This document shows positions 41,532-52,955 of a DNA stretch of 64,000 nucleotides, piece after piece. The DNA comes from Candidatus Babeliales bacterium (lineage in GTDB: Bacteria; Babelota; Babeliae; Babelales; JANWKD01). The first letter of the stretch is position 1, and every line of letters begins with the position of its first letter. Below the pieces are notes generated by a model, which saw nothing but the letters and a program-made list of their open reading frames with translations, was not told the origin of the DNA and searched no databases. A program made the translations under genes and the position numbers. The stretch lies in assembly GCA_963722255.1 (NCBI GenBank), contig CAVRJO010000002.1, positions 544,001 to 608,000 on the forward strand, given 5' to 3'.

Positions 41532-42182
41532 AAATACAAGGCTCGCAATTGCGAGCCTATTCTTTTCTCTTAGTTTTTGCTTTTACGCTTTTCTTTGCTT
41601 TAGGTCTATTTCTTGATAGCATTAACTTTATATCAATTGCAATCAGTATCACAAAAAAATCTGTGGAAGTTTTCTTGTAAAAACCAGACAATACTATATT
41701 CACTCTAGGGGGATTTTCATATAAATCTCCTAAAAATATATTTTTAGAAATATATAATTTCTTTTTTTTAGTTTTTTATGGCCATTATAAAAACCATTTA
41801 TGCAGGAACTATAGACAAAATCAATTGAAATAAGCTGCGCAGCAGCCTTCTTGCTGATCAAGCCCAATATATATTTCTGAAATTCGAAAGGTAATGAGGC
41901 TGGATGTAATTCGATTTTGTGAGATGGAGTACAGAATCTGAGTTCTGTTAAGCAAGAACATGGTTGTTCCTTTGATGAAGAGAATGCTTTGATTACTACA
42001 AAGGGAGATATTATACGATTTTGGAAATATTTGCAAGAAATTTAAAATTTGACTTTGTTTAAAATTAAGCCAAAATTATTATTGCAGTGGCATTGATCTG
42101 TCATTGTTATCTCTTGATCCAGACCTGAACTCTTTGATCAAAAAAAATTTAAAACAATTATTTTATAACTTTAAAGGTTTCT

Positions 42183-42815
42183 ATGAATACATTAAAATCA
42201 AATAACGATTTAACAAATCTATTTCAAGCCGATCCTACTGATCTTATATCTGAGGCAAGTAAGCTTTCTGAGGTTTTAAATAATATTTCAGATGTATTGC
42301 AAGCTATTGAAGATAATTTAAGAGAGATAAATGCTAACTTTCCATTTCACTTGGAAGAAGAAAAAGATCCTGAATCAAATCCAAAAAAACCCGAATTATA
42401 CCACGGCGATTTCCCATTCGATATTGTTGGTTATCGCACTCAAATAGTATGGAGCATCTCTTGGGAAGAAGATGAAGCTTCTGAAGAAGGAAAATTTAGA
42501 TTATTTATAACAGCAGAAGAAAAAGAAATCGTTTATTACAATATTCCAGGTAATGACCCTGATGACATCAAACCCACAATATTTCAAACAAAGCTGATCT
42601 TTAAAAGACCTCTAAGACAGACAAAAATTCCAATAAGACTTCGAGTTTCAAAGCATTTAAATACCTTTATTAAAGCTTTTGAAAATCATTTAAAATCATA
42701 TCGTAATGCAATTGAAAAAGGTGATTTTTCCTTCATTAGATTGATTTTCAATCCTATTATTAAACTTTTAATTTTTAATGTATTTGGCAAATTTTATAAA
42801 TTGGAAAATTTATGA
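42183..42815 (+). CDS. Hypothetical protein, paralog of 29899..30507
   Basis: Sequence similarity along its whole length. Confidence 0.8.
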   Translation: MNTLKSNNDLTNLFQADPTDLISEASKLSEVLNNISDVLQAIEDNLREINANFPFHLEEEKDPESNPKKPELYHGDFPFDIVGYRTQIVWSISWEEDEASEEGKFRLFITAEEKEIVYYNIPGNDPDDIKPTIFQTKLIFKRPLRQTKIPIRLRVSKHLNTFIKAFENHLKSYRNAIEKGDFSFIRLIFNPIIKLLIFNVFGKFYKLENL

Positions 42816-43553
42816 TTGGTAGAATTTTTGGAAAATGGACATAATCGAAAAAATCAAACGGGAAGGGTTTCGATCAACTTATTATACTTGCCAATGTGAA
42901 TGTGGCGCATTGAAGCCAGTCAAAGCACATAGCTTACAGAATGGATTGTCAAAATCATGCACATCATGTTCTAATTGTAGATTAAATAAAACCATTGCTT
43001 ATTAATGGCACTCAATATGGAAGATGGACCATTATTAAATATCACGTTCAACATGAAAGGGATCATACACAGATGTACTTAGTGCGTTGTAAATGTGGAA
43101 TGAAAAACATCTAGGACGCCATACTCTGACTTCTGGTAAATCAAAGCAATGTCAATCATGTGCGGGTAAATCAACCTTTGAGAAAACTGGCCCTAAAAAT
43201 AAAAAACATTTGTTAAGTAATACTCGCACTTATAAGCGTTGATCAGGAATGCGTGAGCGCGTAAGAGGCTATACTGAACGTGATAAACGTGTTTATAAAG
43301 ATCGAAATATAACAGTTTGTGAGCGATGGAATAATTTTGAAAATTTTTTTGCTGATATGGGCGAATGTCCCGAAAATATGCAACTTGATCGTATAGACAA
43401 TGATGGTAATTAATGAACCTGGTAATTGTCGTTGGGTAAGTCGATCAGAAAATGCAAATAATAGACGAATAAGTATTGCAAATAGAGATAAATATATTAC
43501 CGTAAATAAAAATAGATTATGTGAAATTTGTCGTTGTTTTAAGTTTGACTTCA
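42812..43553 (+). pseudogene. Decayed copy of the HNH-like endonuclease
   Basis: Colinear with 31319..32053 but with stops and indels. Confidence 0.85.
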
Positions 43554-43599
43554 TCTAAGGTTAAGAAGTTTATCAAACCCTGTTTAATTTTTAGGACAA

Positions 43600-45233
43600 A
43601 ATCAATACATTTATTACTAATCTCACATCTGATTTAACATCTGCAATAATTGCAGCAATACTAGCGTGATCATTTTTTGTCGACTCATACTATAAAAGAA
43701 CAACGTAAATTAATTGCAATATTAAGAGCCCTCAAAAACGAATTTGATTATAATTCTATTCATAGAGGCAATAAACAAAGTCCATTTCAAGATTATTGGT
43801 TAAAACAAGCTCTATCTATGCCAGAATTTTACGAACTTTGTAACCAATATTACAAGATAGTCTAGAGATTTCCTTAACACCTGACAATTTTAAAAGTAAG
43901 CCCTAAAGGGGGAATTTCCAGCAATGACAGTGCGGCTTTCAGAAGAAAGCGAATACCTTTTTTGAAAAAGGAAGTTAAACTGCGCGCAGTTTTTTTTAGA
44001 ACGTTTTGCACGCTCAAGATCTGGCTGCATGCCGGTGGAAACAGCCCAATAATAAGCAACACTTAAAACAAGAATAAGACGTTCTATTCGTTCTGCATGG
44101 CGTAACTGAGTAGTAGTGATATCAAAGCCTCTTGATTTAAAGTAAGACATAGGCTCAATAGACCATCGCATGCCATAATCAAGAACTTTATATTCGGTAG
44201 GAACACAATCCATAGCAATGATCCAAGGTTCATCTTTGCCTTCATCTTGTAGTGCACGAATGTTAGTTTACGCCAGAAAATTCAACTGAACATTGCACAA
44301 CGATGTTTGTTTTAATCTGATAAGCTCGCCAGAACTAATTCCCCACCATGATGAAAAAGAATAAGATTACCTTTCAAGCGAATGCGGTATCGCCATTTGA
44401 AACTTTGACATAATTGGATAAGCGCAGGATTCCCATAGAATCTATCCGCCATTAAAATAATTTTTGCATAGCTTGGTATGTTAGCAAACACCGCCTCAAG
44501 CAGTTGTTTTTGAATGGTAAAGCCAATTTCTCCTTGCGTTTTAATTACTCGCCATGCAACAGGAATAGCACGTTCTCCAATTCGCAATGAAACCATAAGA
44601 CATTCAAATTCTTTATTGATTTGACTTTGATCCATTGATAAAACAATGATCTGGCCATTTGCATGTATAAGTTCTATTAATTCAGGGATAAAGCCTTCTA
44701 GTAACGTATCACAATCAATTTTATCATTGGCAAGCCAACGATTAATATAGCGATAACGCTCCTCATCACTTTTGACTTTTCTTGGCAGCACTGTTGCTAA
44801 TTCTGATGTGTTAACATTGCGACATGTTATTACTGATGCTGCTAAATCTGCCAAACCTATCCTTTGTGGCTTGCTTAAACGTATAACTCTCTCTGCTAAA
44901 TCTTCTTCGATAACTTTTGCCAAGTGTATTATTGATCCACCCATCATTCTCACCTTATTTACTCCTTTGTTTTTCACAAAGTATACACTTTTTGCAAAAC
45001 AGAGTCTTTGATCAGTGTTAAATTTTGTCAGGTGTTAAGAGAGATTTCTGAATTAATTAATGATGCTAATATAGAACAATTGGATAAGAAAAAGGGACAA
45101 TGGTACATCATTGGTTCCTAGTGATGTCCAGGATTTAATGAAAGATGTTTCTTCTAAAATTGATAAATTACTTCCAAATTTAAAAAGACGTACTAAATTT
45201 TTTGGTTTCTATTTACTTTTTTTTCGTGCATGA
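43600..45233 (+). pseudogene. Copy of 32109..32570 interrupted by an IS4-family element
   Basis: Flanks rejoin to the copy 1 sequence gtctagagatttctgaatta. Confidence 0.88.
43873..45039 (-). mobile_element. IS4-family element (frameshifted DDE transposase)
   Basis: 15-bp TIR cttaacacctgacaa, 9-bp TSD agagatttc; MADRFY, Y..RWSIE..FKS.GF. Confidence 0.93.
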
Positions 45234-45403
45234 AGAGTTCGAACACCTGAAGAATCAGCATTAGGTTGCTTTATCATTGTAGGCTTCTAACCTTGGAACA
45301 TTTCTTTTACTTCAGCTTTTTGTTTTGTTCGCGTTTTAGGCGTAACCTTAATAGTAATATCTTGGTCCAAGATATTTAAAAAACGAAAAAGTCTTTCAAG
45401 AGA
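45207..45403 (-). pseudogene. 3' fragment of the HigA-like antitoxin (copy of 32546..32743)
   Basis: SLERLFRFLNILDQDITIKV; homology stops at about 45403. Confidence 0.8.
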
Positions 45404-45499
45404 AATCAACTAATTTTTGATACTTAACGCAAATACTTTTGTTGATCAATTTGTAGAAGAGCTTACTTGTATCAATGTCAGCCTTTTGAGTACTAATCA

Positions 45500-45811
45500 T
45501 TATTTTTTTCTTTTAAAAACATCTTGCGGCTCTTTTCCAAGCAATGCCAAAATATGTGCCAAACTAGAGACGGTTAAATTAGCTTCACCCTTTTGTATTT
45601 TTGCTACATGTGCTGGGCTTGAGTCTAGGCGTCTAACCAGTTCATTAAAGCCAATGTTATTTTTGTTCATATAATCGGTCATCGCATCTGATATCGATTT
45701 TTGTATAGATTGAAGAATTTTAATTTCCAACAGCGCTTGTTCTTCAATTTCAGCAATTTCATCTTTATCAAGGCGTTTTTCAAAGTATTCTTGAAAACTT
45801 TTTGTTTTCAT
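45500..45811 (-). CDS. XRE HTH antitoxin
   Basis: GFNELVRRL.SSP....KIQKGEANLT. Confidence 0.85.
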   Translation of the reverse strand: MKTKSFQEYFEKRLDKDEIAEIEEQALLEIKILQSIQKSISDAMTDYMNKNNIGFNELVRRLDSSPAHVAKIQKGEANLTVSSLAHILALLGKEPQDVFKRKK

Positions 45812-45837
45812 AATATTTCTTTTACTGATTTTTTCCC

Positions 45838-46156
45838 TTAGATTTTTGACAATCGCTCCCTAGCGATCTTCATATCTCTTTCTTGGCTTGTTTTATTTCC
45901 AGCTGCTAGCAGAATAATCAAATGTTTGCCAGAAAATCCATAATAAATTCGATAACCATATCTGCGATCTCGCAATTCAAAAAGTCCATCACCTAAAGGC
46001 CTGCTATGTGGCAATCTTAATTCGTTACCAACCTCTCTTAACATTCTTAACTCTTTGGCTACCGACTTAAGCTGGTCTTGGTCAATTCATCAAGCCACTT
46101 TTCAATGGAGCTTTTACCTTTTGCGCCATCCCAATATTCGATCTGCCATTACTCAT
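45838..46156 (-). pseudogene. RelE/ParE (Gp49-like) toxin, frameshifted 5' part
   Basis: LRLPHSRPLGDGLFELR..GYRIYY, AGNKTSQERD. Confidence 0.8.
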
Positions 46157-46280
46157 AAGTATTTCCTTTAGATGAACAATAGTTACTACTTTATAGTATA
46201 CTACTTTAGAAAGAAGTTCGCAATAATATCATTTATTTCTGTAAACTAACTTGGAATTAGATTTAGTAAACAATAACCTA

Positions 46281-47133
46281 GGTTCTGTGAACCAAATTTT
46301 ACCTAAGCCAAATTAAGGTCCCTACAAAATATAAAAAAGATAAATAAGATTGAGAAGATTTATCGAATCGCGAAAAATCCTACGAAAATGTTTAATTTTT
46401 CCGAAAAAACATTCGATGGAATGTCGCTCTTTGTAAAGATGAACATCATAGTCACGAGGCTGCTTACGATTTCTACGAGGAGGAATTTCTGGCTTACATC
46501 GTTGATCTTTTATGCTTTCAATGAAATGATCAGCATCATAAGCAGTATCTCCAATGATAGAAGCATCTACAATACCAGTGCTCAGATTTTTTGCTTGAGT
46601 AATGTCATGTCGTTGACCGGGTGTTAAAACAAATTTTAGTGGATTTCCCAATGCATCAACCAAAGCGTGTATTTTTGTTGGAAGCCGCCCTTGCTACGTC
46701 CTAACGCCTCTTGTTCTTGAGTATCTTTACCATATCCAGCTGCACATGCATGTGCTCTAATAACTGTAGAGTCTATCATTGCCCATTCCATATCAGGATC
46801 TTCTTGAAAACTTTCAAATAGTTTTTTCCAAATATTACGTTTATTCCACTGCTTAAATCGCTTGTGAACAGCTCGCCAACTACCATAATAAATTGGCAAT
46901 AATCTCCATTGGCAACCGCTTCTGCATATGTAATATATTGCCTCTATAAATTTACGTAATTTTTCAATAGACTTCTGTGAATCCCTTTGATGCTCATTAA
47001 AACATTCAATATTTTTTCAAAATCTGTATCATTAATTAGGTAATGCATTACAAGCTTCCTTTTGTTTTTTTAGTTGATTAACAAAGGAAGCTTATCTTTT
47101 TTTAAGCATTTTTTAAATTTGGTTCACAGAACC
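46281..47133 (-). mobile_element. IS5-family (IS427 group) element
   Basis: 19-bp TIR ggttctgtgaaccaaattt, TA duplication; IDST..RAH, GRSKGG, DTAYD, YKERH.IECFFGKIK. Confidence 0.93.
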
Positions 47134-47139
47134 TACATT

Positions 47140-48421
47140 AAGGTAACCTGTAGCGAGTTTTGATGACTTTTGCTCCTGATATAACTATCAGACAATCCGG
47201 ATAGGTTTGATAAATAGCTGCTGCGAGCATTACTTTCGAATCTTTTTGCGGTCTTTCAATTTTAGATTTTTTTCTGGAACAATATTTTAATTTCATTGTA
47301 GATTATTACAATTAAACCCTGAGGGTAAATGTGAAAGTAGCACTAAATTTGGTATCACTTGTTGCAGAAAATTTGATGGTTATATTCAGTATCATGAAAC
47401 AGTGCTTAAAAACATTTGGGCAGCAGTACACACAAAAACAAACATTAATAATATGTACTTTATTCGTGTTTATATCTTTCAAGTTTGGCCAATGACGTTT
47501 TAGCAGGCTACCTTCATTCTCAGTATCAATAATGATAGCACGCCATGTTCATCGCTAAAAATATTATCATACCCAACATCAAAAGGAGTTTCAGCAATAA
47601 GTGTTTATCATCACCATATGCTTCGACACTAAATGGCTTGCCATGATTCACTTGTCTTTCTGCCAAAACAACAAGCCGATAATCAGGTGAATAACAATGA
47701 ATTTTTGCTTTAACCTTACTTGCAATTACAGCCACTTTATTATCTCATCTATAATTGTCCTTGCCTGATTGCCTTTAATCAACTCATCTGTTGTTCTATT
47801 TTTCACAAACAAAAACTTACGTGGTAAACGATTATGTGATAATCCTTGTTGCTTAATAACTCGTTGTAACTCTGTATAGGTAAAAAGCCGATTAAGGGCT
47901 CTTCCTTTTTCAATAAAGTTGCTACTCATACATTCAACATCATCTGCTGCTATAAAAGACTTAAGAACAATTTTTGCGCTTTCCAATAATAAAGGAACAT
48001 CATCAAATACCACTTTTTTGTCTACATATTCATGTATTAAGCCTCTTTGTATTAATTCAGGTATATCTGCTTGCCCCGCTGCTATTTTCCGATTGAACTT
48101 CGGCTCGATTTTTAAGTACCCGAACAGCCTTATGCCAATCTTTATTATTCCATGATTCAGGCTCATACATAAGAATCATGTTTGAATCAGGAATACAGTT
48201 ATGTGTTTCAAAAAGCTTCTGGAGATTTTTATCATCAAAAGATTCGCTCAGTTGTTCTTGAGGAATATATAATAGCCAAGGTGATTCCCATTCATAAAGC
48301 TTTTTTAAAGATTCATTAGTAACTTCACCTTGTTGCTGTTCATTGCTTGCAACAGTGAACCTTCGCATATACTATCAATGCCCAACAACACTGATACTAG
48401 TAATATTAATTTTCTTATCAT
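47140..48421 (-). pseudogene. Fragmented secreted hypothetical protein
   Basis: Successive overlapping minus-strand ORFs after a signal-peptide start. Confidence 0.5.
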
Positions 48422-48797
48422 ATAAAAACCTCATAGTTATAATAAAATTATAATTTATTTTATTATACTATAAGAAAATAAGAGTGGAAAGTTTGTATGA
48501 AATATATGGTAAACTACTGATAAACTGCTTCAAAAGTATCAGTTAAAAAGAAGCCGCAATACCTGCCCGTAAATCAAAGCCTCCAGGATTCATTTTTTTA
48601 TTCTGTTGTGATTGGCGAGGGAGCACTGAATTTTTCCTATCACAATCAACTCCATATAAAAAATAACAATATATATCCACTTCAAATCTTAAAAAAGCCA
48701 TGCCCTTTCATGTCAATAGAGTGACACAAGAATATTTACATTGTTTTATGATTTTTTGAATAATAGTTAATAAAGGGAAAAAATACTAGGGGTACAA

Positions 48798-49991
48798 ATG
48801 AAAAAACTTACCATATTTTTCTTATGTTTATTAATAAGTATCGTTTGCTTTTTTGTTGGGGTAAAACAGTTTTGTCATCAAGATGATCAACTCTTTGCTC
48901 AAAACCTATTATCTCAAGCAGATATAACTATTAATGGGAACAAACCCTATGATATCGTAGTACACAATAATCAACTCTATCCTGCAGTTTTAAGTAACGG
49001 ATCATTGGCTCTTGGCGAGGCCTACATGGATAATTGGTGGGATTGTGCATCGCTTGATAATTTTTTTTATCGCATTGCCCGCTCTGATGTCTACAATAGG
49101 GTTCCCAAAAATATCAGTTCTCTTTGTATGTATTTACAAGCAAAGCTTATGAATTTGCAATCTCAATCACGGGCATTTCAAGTTGGTGAGCAACATTATG
49201 ATCTTGGTAATGATTTATTCAAGGCTATGCTTGATAAAAATATGTTCTATTCGTGCGCTTATTGGAAAAATGCAGATACCTTAGATAAAGCACAAGAAAA
49301 TAAATGTGAGCTTATTTGCAAAAAATTGTACCTGCAACCTGGTATGAAACTTCTTGATATCGGTTGTGGTTGGGGTGGATTGGCATTATATGCTGCAAAA
49401 AATTATGGTGTCAAGGTAGTTGGTGTTACTATCTCCAAAGAACAAGCCGATTATGCTCGAGAAATAACAAAAGGTTATCCCATTGAGATACGGTTGCAAG
49501 ATTATCGAGATATAGATGAATCCTTTGATCGCATCGTAAGTGTCGGCATGTTTGAGCATGTCGGCTATAAAAATTATGCCACCTTTATGAATATCTCTCA
49601 CAAGTTATTAAAAGATGGAGGGTTATTATTACTCCATACTATTGGCAGCAATAGTTCGCAACCCCATGGTGATCCTTGGCTTAATAAATATATCTTTACA
49701 AACGGCATGCTTCCATCTATAGAACAGATCGCACAAGCAAGCCAAGATCTTTTTATTATGGAAGATTGGCATAACTTTGGTGCTGATTACGATAAAACAT
49801 TAATGGCTTGGAATGCAAATTTTGAAAAAAATTGGCCTCAATTAAAATCCTCATATAATGATCGTTTTTATCGTATGTGGAACTATTATTTATTATCATG
49901 CGCAGGAATATTTCGCGCACGAGCTATACAGCTCTGGCAAATAGTTTTCTCTAAATCAGGAGTATTAGGTGGTTATATATCGGTTCGATAA
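48798..49991 (+). CDS. cfa: Cyclopropane-fatty-acyl-phospholipid synthase
   Basis: HYDLGNDLF, LDIGCGWGG, SVGMFEHVG, RMWNYYL. Confidence 0.95.
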   Translation: MKKLTIFFLCLLISIVCFFVGVKQFCHQDDQLFAQNLLSQADITINGNKPYDIVVHNNQLYPAVLSNGSLALGEAYMDNWWDCASLDNFFYRIARSDVYNRVPKNISSLCMYLQAKLMNLQSQSRAFQVGEQHYDLGNDLFKAMLDKNMFYSCAYWKNADTLDKAQENKCELICKKLYLQPGMKLLDIGCGWGGLALYAAKNYGVKVVGVTISKEQADYAREITKGYPIEIRLQDYRDIDESFDRIVSVGMFEHVGYKNYATFMNISHKLLKDGGLLLLHTIGSNSSQPHGDPWLNKYIFTNGMLPSIEQIAQASQDLFIMEDWHNFGADYDKTLMAWNANFEKNWPQLKSSYNDRFYRMWNYYLLSCAGIFRARAIQLWQIVFSKSGVLGGYISVR

Positions 49992-50218
49992 AATCTAGTT
50001 TGTTATGTAAGAAAATGAAAGAATTATAGAATGAATCAAACTCTTAAAATAATTTTATGTATCATATTTCCACCATTATTATTTTTTTATATTATTCGTT
50101 GGTTTGATAATAACCACCATATTTTATAATATAATGAGGTCTGATTTTAAAATTGATTTTCTTTACGTGGCATGGTAAATTCCTACAAACTATTTTTTTC
50201 ACATTTAGGATAGAGTAT

Positions 50219-50857
50219 ATGAAAAATATCATGCAATTACATTCAAAATACCTTTTTATTGCAATACCTTTATTGATGAATTCTTGCACTTTTTTTGCAA
50301 TGGAAGAAACTGATGGATCAAAGATAAATGAAATTGTTGTAACAAGATTTTCACGCGAAGATGAATTTTTCACTATGCTCCAGACCCATGTTAAAAAGCC
50401 TTATTCTATATGCAGAGGTGGATCCATGGGCTTGTCCTATCATGATAATGATACAAATACAGAATCTTATCACCCTAATCATGCAATGCTTCATGTTCAT
50501 AATCCAATATTAACGGTTTATGTATGCACTAATAAAGGTAAACAAAGAGCATTTATGGGCGAACCTTATACATTTCTTTCTTTTTCATACAAACGAATGA
50601 ATAAATCAATTGTATTTGCAATCGCTTTATTGCAGTCATCAAAAAAAGATTTTAAACTTACGCAAGAAAAAAGGATGAATAGTGAAGAGTTGTTTTCTCA
50701 AATAAGTTCAAAGCTCAATGTGACAAATCTAAAAAAATATTTTATAGAAACTCCCCCTAATAAATATTCTCAATGCTCTGCTGTTATTTTAAAACCTAAG
50801 GATGCATCATATTTACTTCTTCAGGATGGTCAGACAATTAATTTTCATAATTCATAA
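50219..50857 (+). CDS. Secreted hypothetical protein
   Basis: Signal peptide ending FA|MEE. Confidence 0.7.
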   Translation: MKNIMQLHSKYLFIAIPLLMNSCTFFAMEETDGSKINEIVVTRFSREDEFFTMLQTHVKKPYSICRGGSMGLSYHDNDTNTESYHPNHAMLHVHNPILTVYVCTNKGKQRAFMGEPYTFLSFSYKRMNKSIVFAIALLQSSKKDFKLTQEKRMNSEELFSQISSKLNVTNLKKYFIETPPNKYSQCSAVILKPKDASYLLLQDGQTINFHNS

Positions 50858-50946
50858 CTTAGAGTATGGATGGCATTCTCCAAATACCATTCTGGAGGGA
50901 CAAGCCTAAAAAAGGAAATTACTAAAATTAAAAAACTATATAAACT

Positions 50947-51639
50947 CTATATCTCTATCTCAAGGCCATCATAACCAACAATGATCTCTATACTATTTTC
51001 ATGAGCTAATTTTTTAAATTTTTTTCGTGCTTCTTGTATATCTTTGTAAAACCATGCACCAAAATGAATAAACAAAAATTTGTTGGTAAATTTTTTAAAT
51101 AGATTGATTAAATTAGGTACGCCCGTATGCCCAAAAATTTCACCCGTTTCCTTTTTTCTTCGTACCATACCGCCTTTGCGCATAAAGCTTGCTTCGGTTA
51201 TCACCAAATCTAAACTACCAATCAGATCATAATATTTTTTTTCAATCCAAATCATATCACCGGTATACAATATCCTTTTTCCTTTATGCTCTAGTAGATA
51301 TGCAGTAGATTTTACTTTTATACTATGTACAGTCGGTATGGGTCTGATAATATACTTACCAATTTTAAATTGCTTATCGGTAATAGTAATAGATAAATCA
51401 TCATATTTTTCTGGAGCGTAGATTGGAATAGTTATTGTTTGATTTTCATGAGATCTGACAAAATAAGCATGATCCGGATGCAAATGGCTTATTAAAATAG
51501 ATTGTGGTTTATAATTCAAAAAACTTTCATCACCACAATCAAGCAATAATTTATTATCTATAAGGACACCCGATTTTTTTGAATGGTATGGCGCCGATTC
51601 TTCAATCTCCCCACGCGTTCCTAAAACTTTGATCTTCAT
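50947..51639 (-). CDS. MBL-fold metallo-hydrolase
   Basis: LGTRG, LLDCG, SHLHPDH, YTGD. Confidence 0.9.
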   Translation of the reverse strand: MKIKVLGTRGEIEESAPYHSKKSGVLIDNKLLLDCGDESFLNYKPQSILISHLHPDHAYFVRSHENQTITIPIYAPEKYDDLSITITDKQFKIGKYIIRPIPTVHSIKVKSTAYLLEHKGKRILYTGDMIWIEKKYYDLIGSLDLVITEASFMRKGGMVRRKKETGEIFGHTGVPNLINLFKKFTNKFLFIHFGAWFYKDIQEARKKFKKLAHENSIEIIVGYDGLEIEI

Positions 51640-51835
51640 AGCGCTGACTTATACCGCTTTTTTGTTTTAATTTTTAGTCATTGTCTCTAAACAAAATTGT
51701 AACTCTCTACAGTAATAAAAATCTATAAATTGCTATTGTTCTGTCTAAATTGCAAACTTTTTGTTTATTAAAAAGAACTTTGCAGATTTAACAACAACCA
51801 AAAAATAGCAATTATACACTATTTAATTATTTTTA

Positions 51836-51865
51836 TTGACAATTAGAATTATGACTTGCTATACT
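51836..51865 (+). promoter_or_regulatory. Sigma70-like promoter
   Basis: TTGACA-18 bp-TATACT. Confidence 0.6.
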
Positions 51866-51994
51866 AAATAGTAGAAGATGGAGAGGTAGCAAAATGAAGC
51901 TAAGTCTTTGTAGATCGAAAGTACTATAAAGAAACATAAAGTCAGATTTATGAGTCTCCTTCTTTAAATTTTTTTTAAACATGGGGAGTTAGTC

Positions 51995-52150
51995 ATGGCA
52001 AAAAAATTAAATATTAAATTAGAAACAAAAGTTGTAAAACCTTCGGTTACAACAAATAATAAGATGCATTTTTCAAGAACTGCGTCACAATCATCGATAA
52101 ATAAATCAGAAGCCTCGAGAACAAAATCTTCGAATAAAAAATTATATTAA
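51995..52150 (+). CDS. Small Lys/Ser-rich protein (51 aa), not in the ORF track
   Basis: GGGGAG RBS; MAKKLNIKLETKVVKPS...KSSNKKLY*. Confidence 0.5.
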   Translation: MAKKLNIKLETKVVKPSVTTNNKMHFSRTASQSSINKSEASRTKSSNKKLY

Positions 52151-52221
52151 TAAAATCAAAATTTTGGTTTGGTCTAATCCTTTCATTAATTTATTCTTTC
52201 TTGGTGTACATACTATTACTA

Positions 52222-52866
52222 TTACTTTAAATAATGCTTAAACCAATGTAATGCCCTCTTTGCAACTTCTTCTAAAGTCCCTTTTTCTTCAAACAAATGG
52301 GTAGCCTTTGGAACAATAGAAAGATCTTTTGTACAGGTTAATTGTGTAAAAGCAGCTTTATTAAGCTCAATAACGTCATAATCTAATTCTCCAACTATCA
52401 ACAACGTTGCAGCTTTTACCTTACTTAAATAATCACCAGCCAAATCAGGTCGACCTCCCCGAGAAACAACTGCTAAGATTAAACTTGGCAATTCAGATGC
52501 AGCAATTAAAGCGGCTGCTGCTCCCGTACTAGCTCCAAAATAACCCAACTTCAAATGTTTTGTACTACTATTTGATTGTAACCATTGCGTCACCATGACA
52601 AGACGCTCAGCAAGAAGATCGATATCAAATCTAAATTGCCGTGTAACTTGATCAATCTTATCTTCTTCCGTGGTAAGCAGATCAAATAAAAAAGTGGAGA
52701 TAGAACCCCGATTTAAAAAATCTGCAACAGAACGATTTCGGGCACTCAATCTGCTACCGCCACTTCCATGGGCAAAAACAACCAAAGCTTGTGCATTTTT
52801 AACTAAGGTTAATGTGCCAAAAATATGGGAATCATTGATGGGAATTTTTATTTCTACATGATTCAT
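52222..52866 (-). CDS. Dienelactone-hydrolase-like alpha/beta hydrolase
   Basis: FAHGSG.SR.S.RN, GYFGASTGAAAAL, SRGGRPDLA, ATHLFEE. Confidence 0.92.
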   Translation of the reverse strand: MNHVEIKIPINDSHIFGTLTLVKNAQALVVFAHGSGGSRLSARNRSVADFLNRGSISTFLFDLLTTEEDKIDQVTRQFRFDIDLLAERLVMVTQWLQSNSSTKHLKLGYFGASTGAAAALIAASELPSLILAVVSRGGRPDLAGDYLSKVKAATLLIVGELDYDVIELNKAAFTQLTCTKDLSIVPKATHLFEEKGTLEEVAKRALHWFKHYLK

Positions 52867-52955
52867 AAAACTCCTTATTTAGTATATTGCTTTTCTAATA
52901 ACAGTATCTTTATACTTATGCTTTATACAATAATATCTTTGTTAATAAAGGTTTT

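Larger units (their letters stand above)
24167..47135. mobile_element. Composite genomic island integrated at tRNA-Glu; right boundary uncertain (could extend to about 48.5 kb)
   Basis: Recombinase abutting tRNA, duplicated Rep module, TA pairs, IS elements, phage-type nucleases. Confidence 0.75.

Noticed and set aside
48560..48655. Slightly GC-rich hairpin upstream of cfa (riboswitch or island end)
   Set aside because: No recognisable RNA motif or tRNA-derived att sequence
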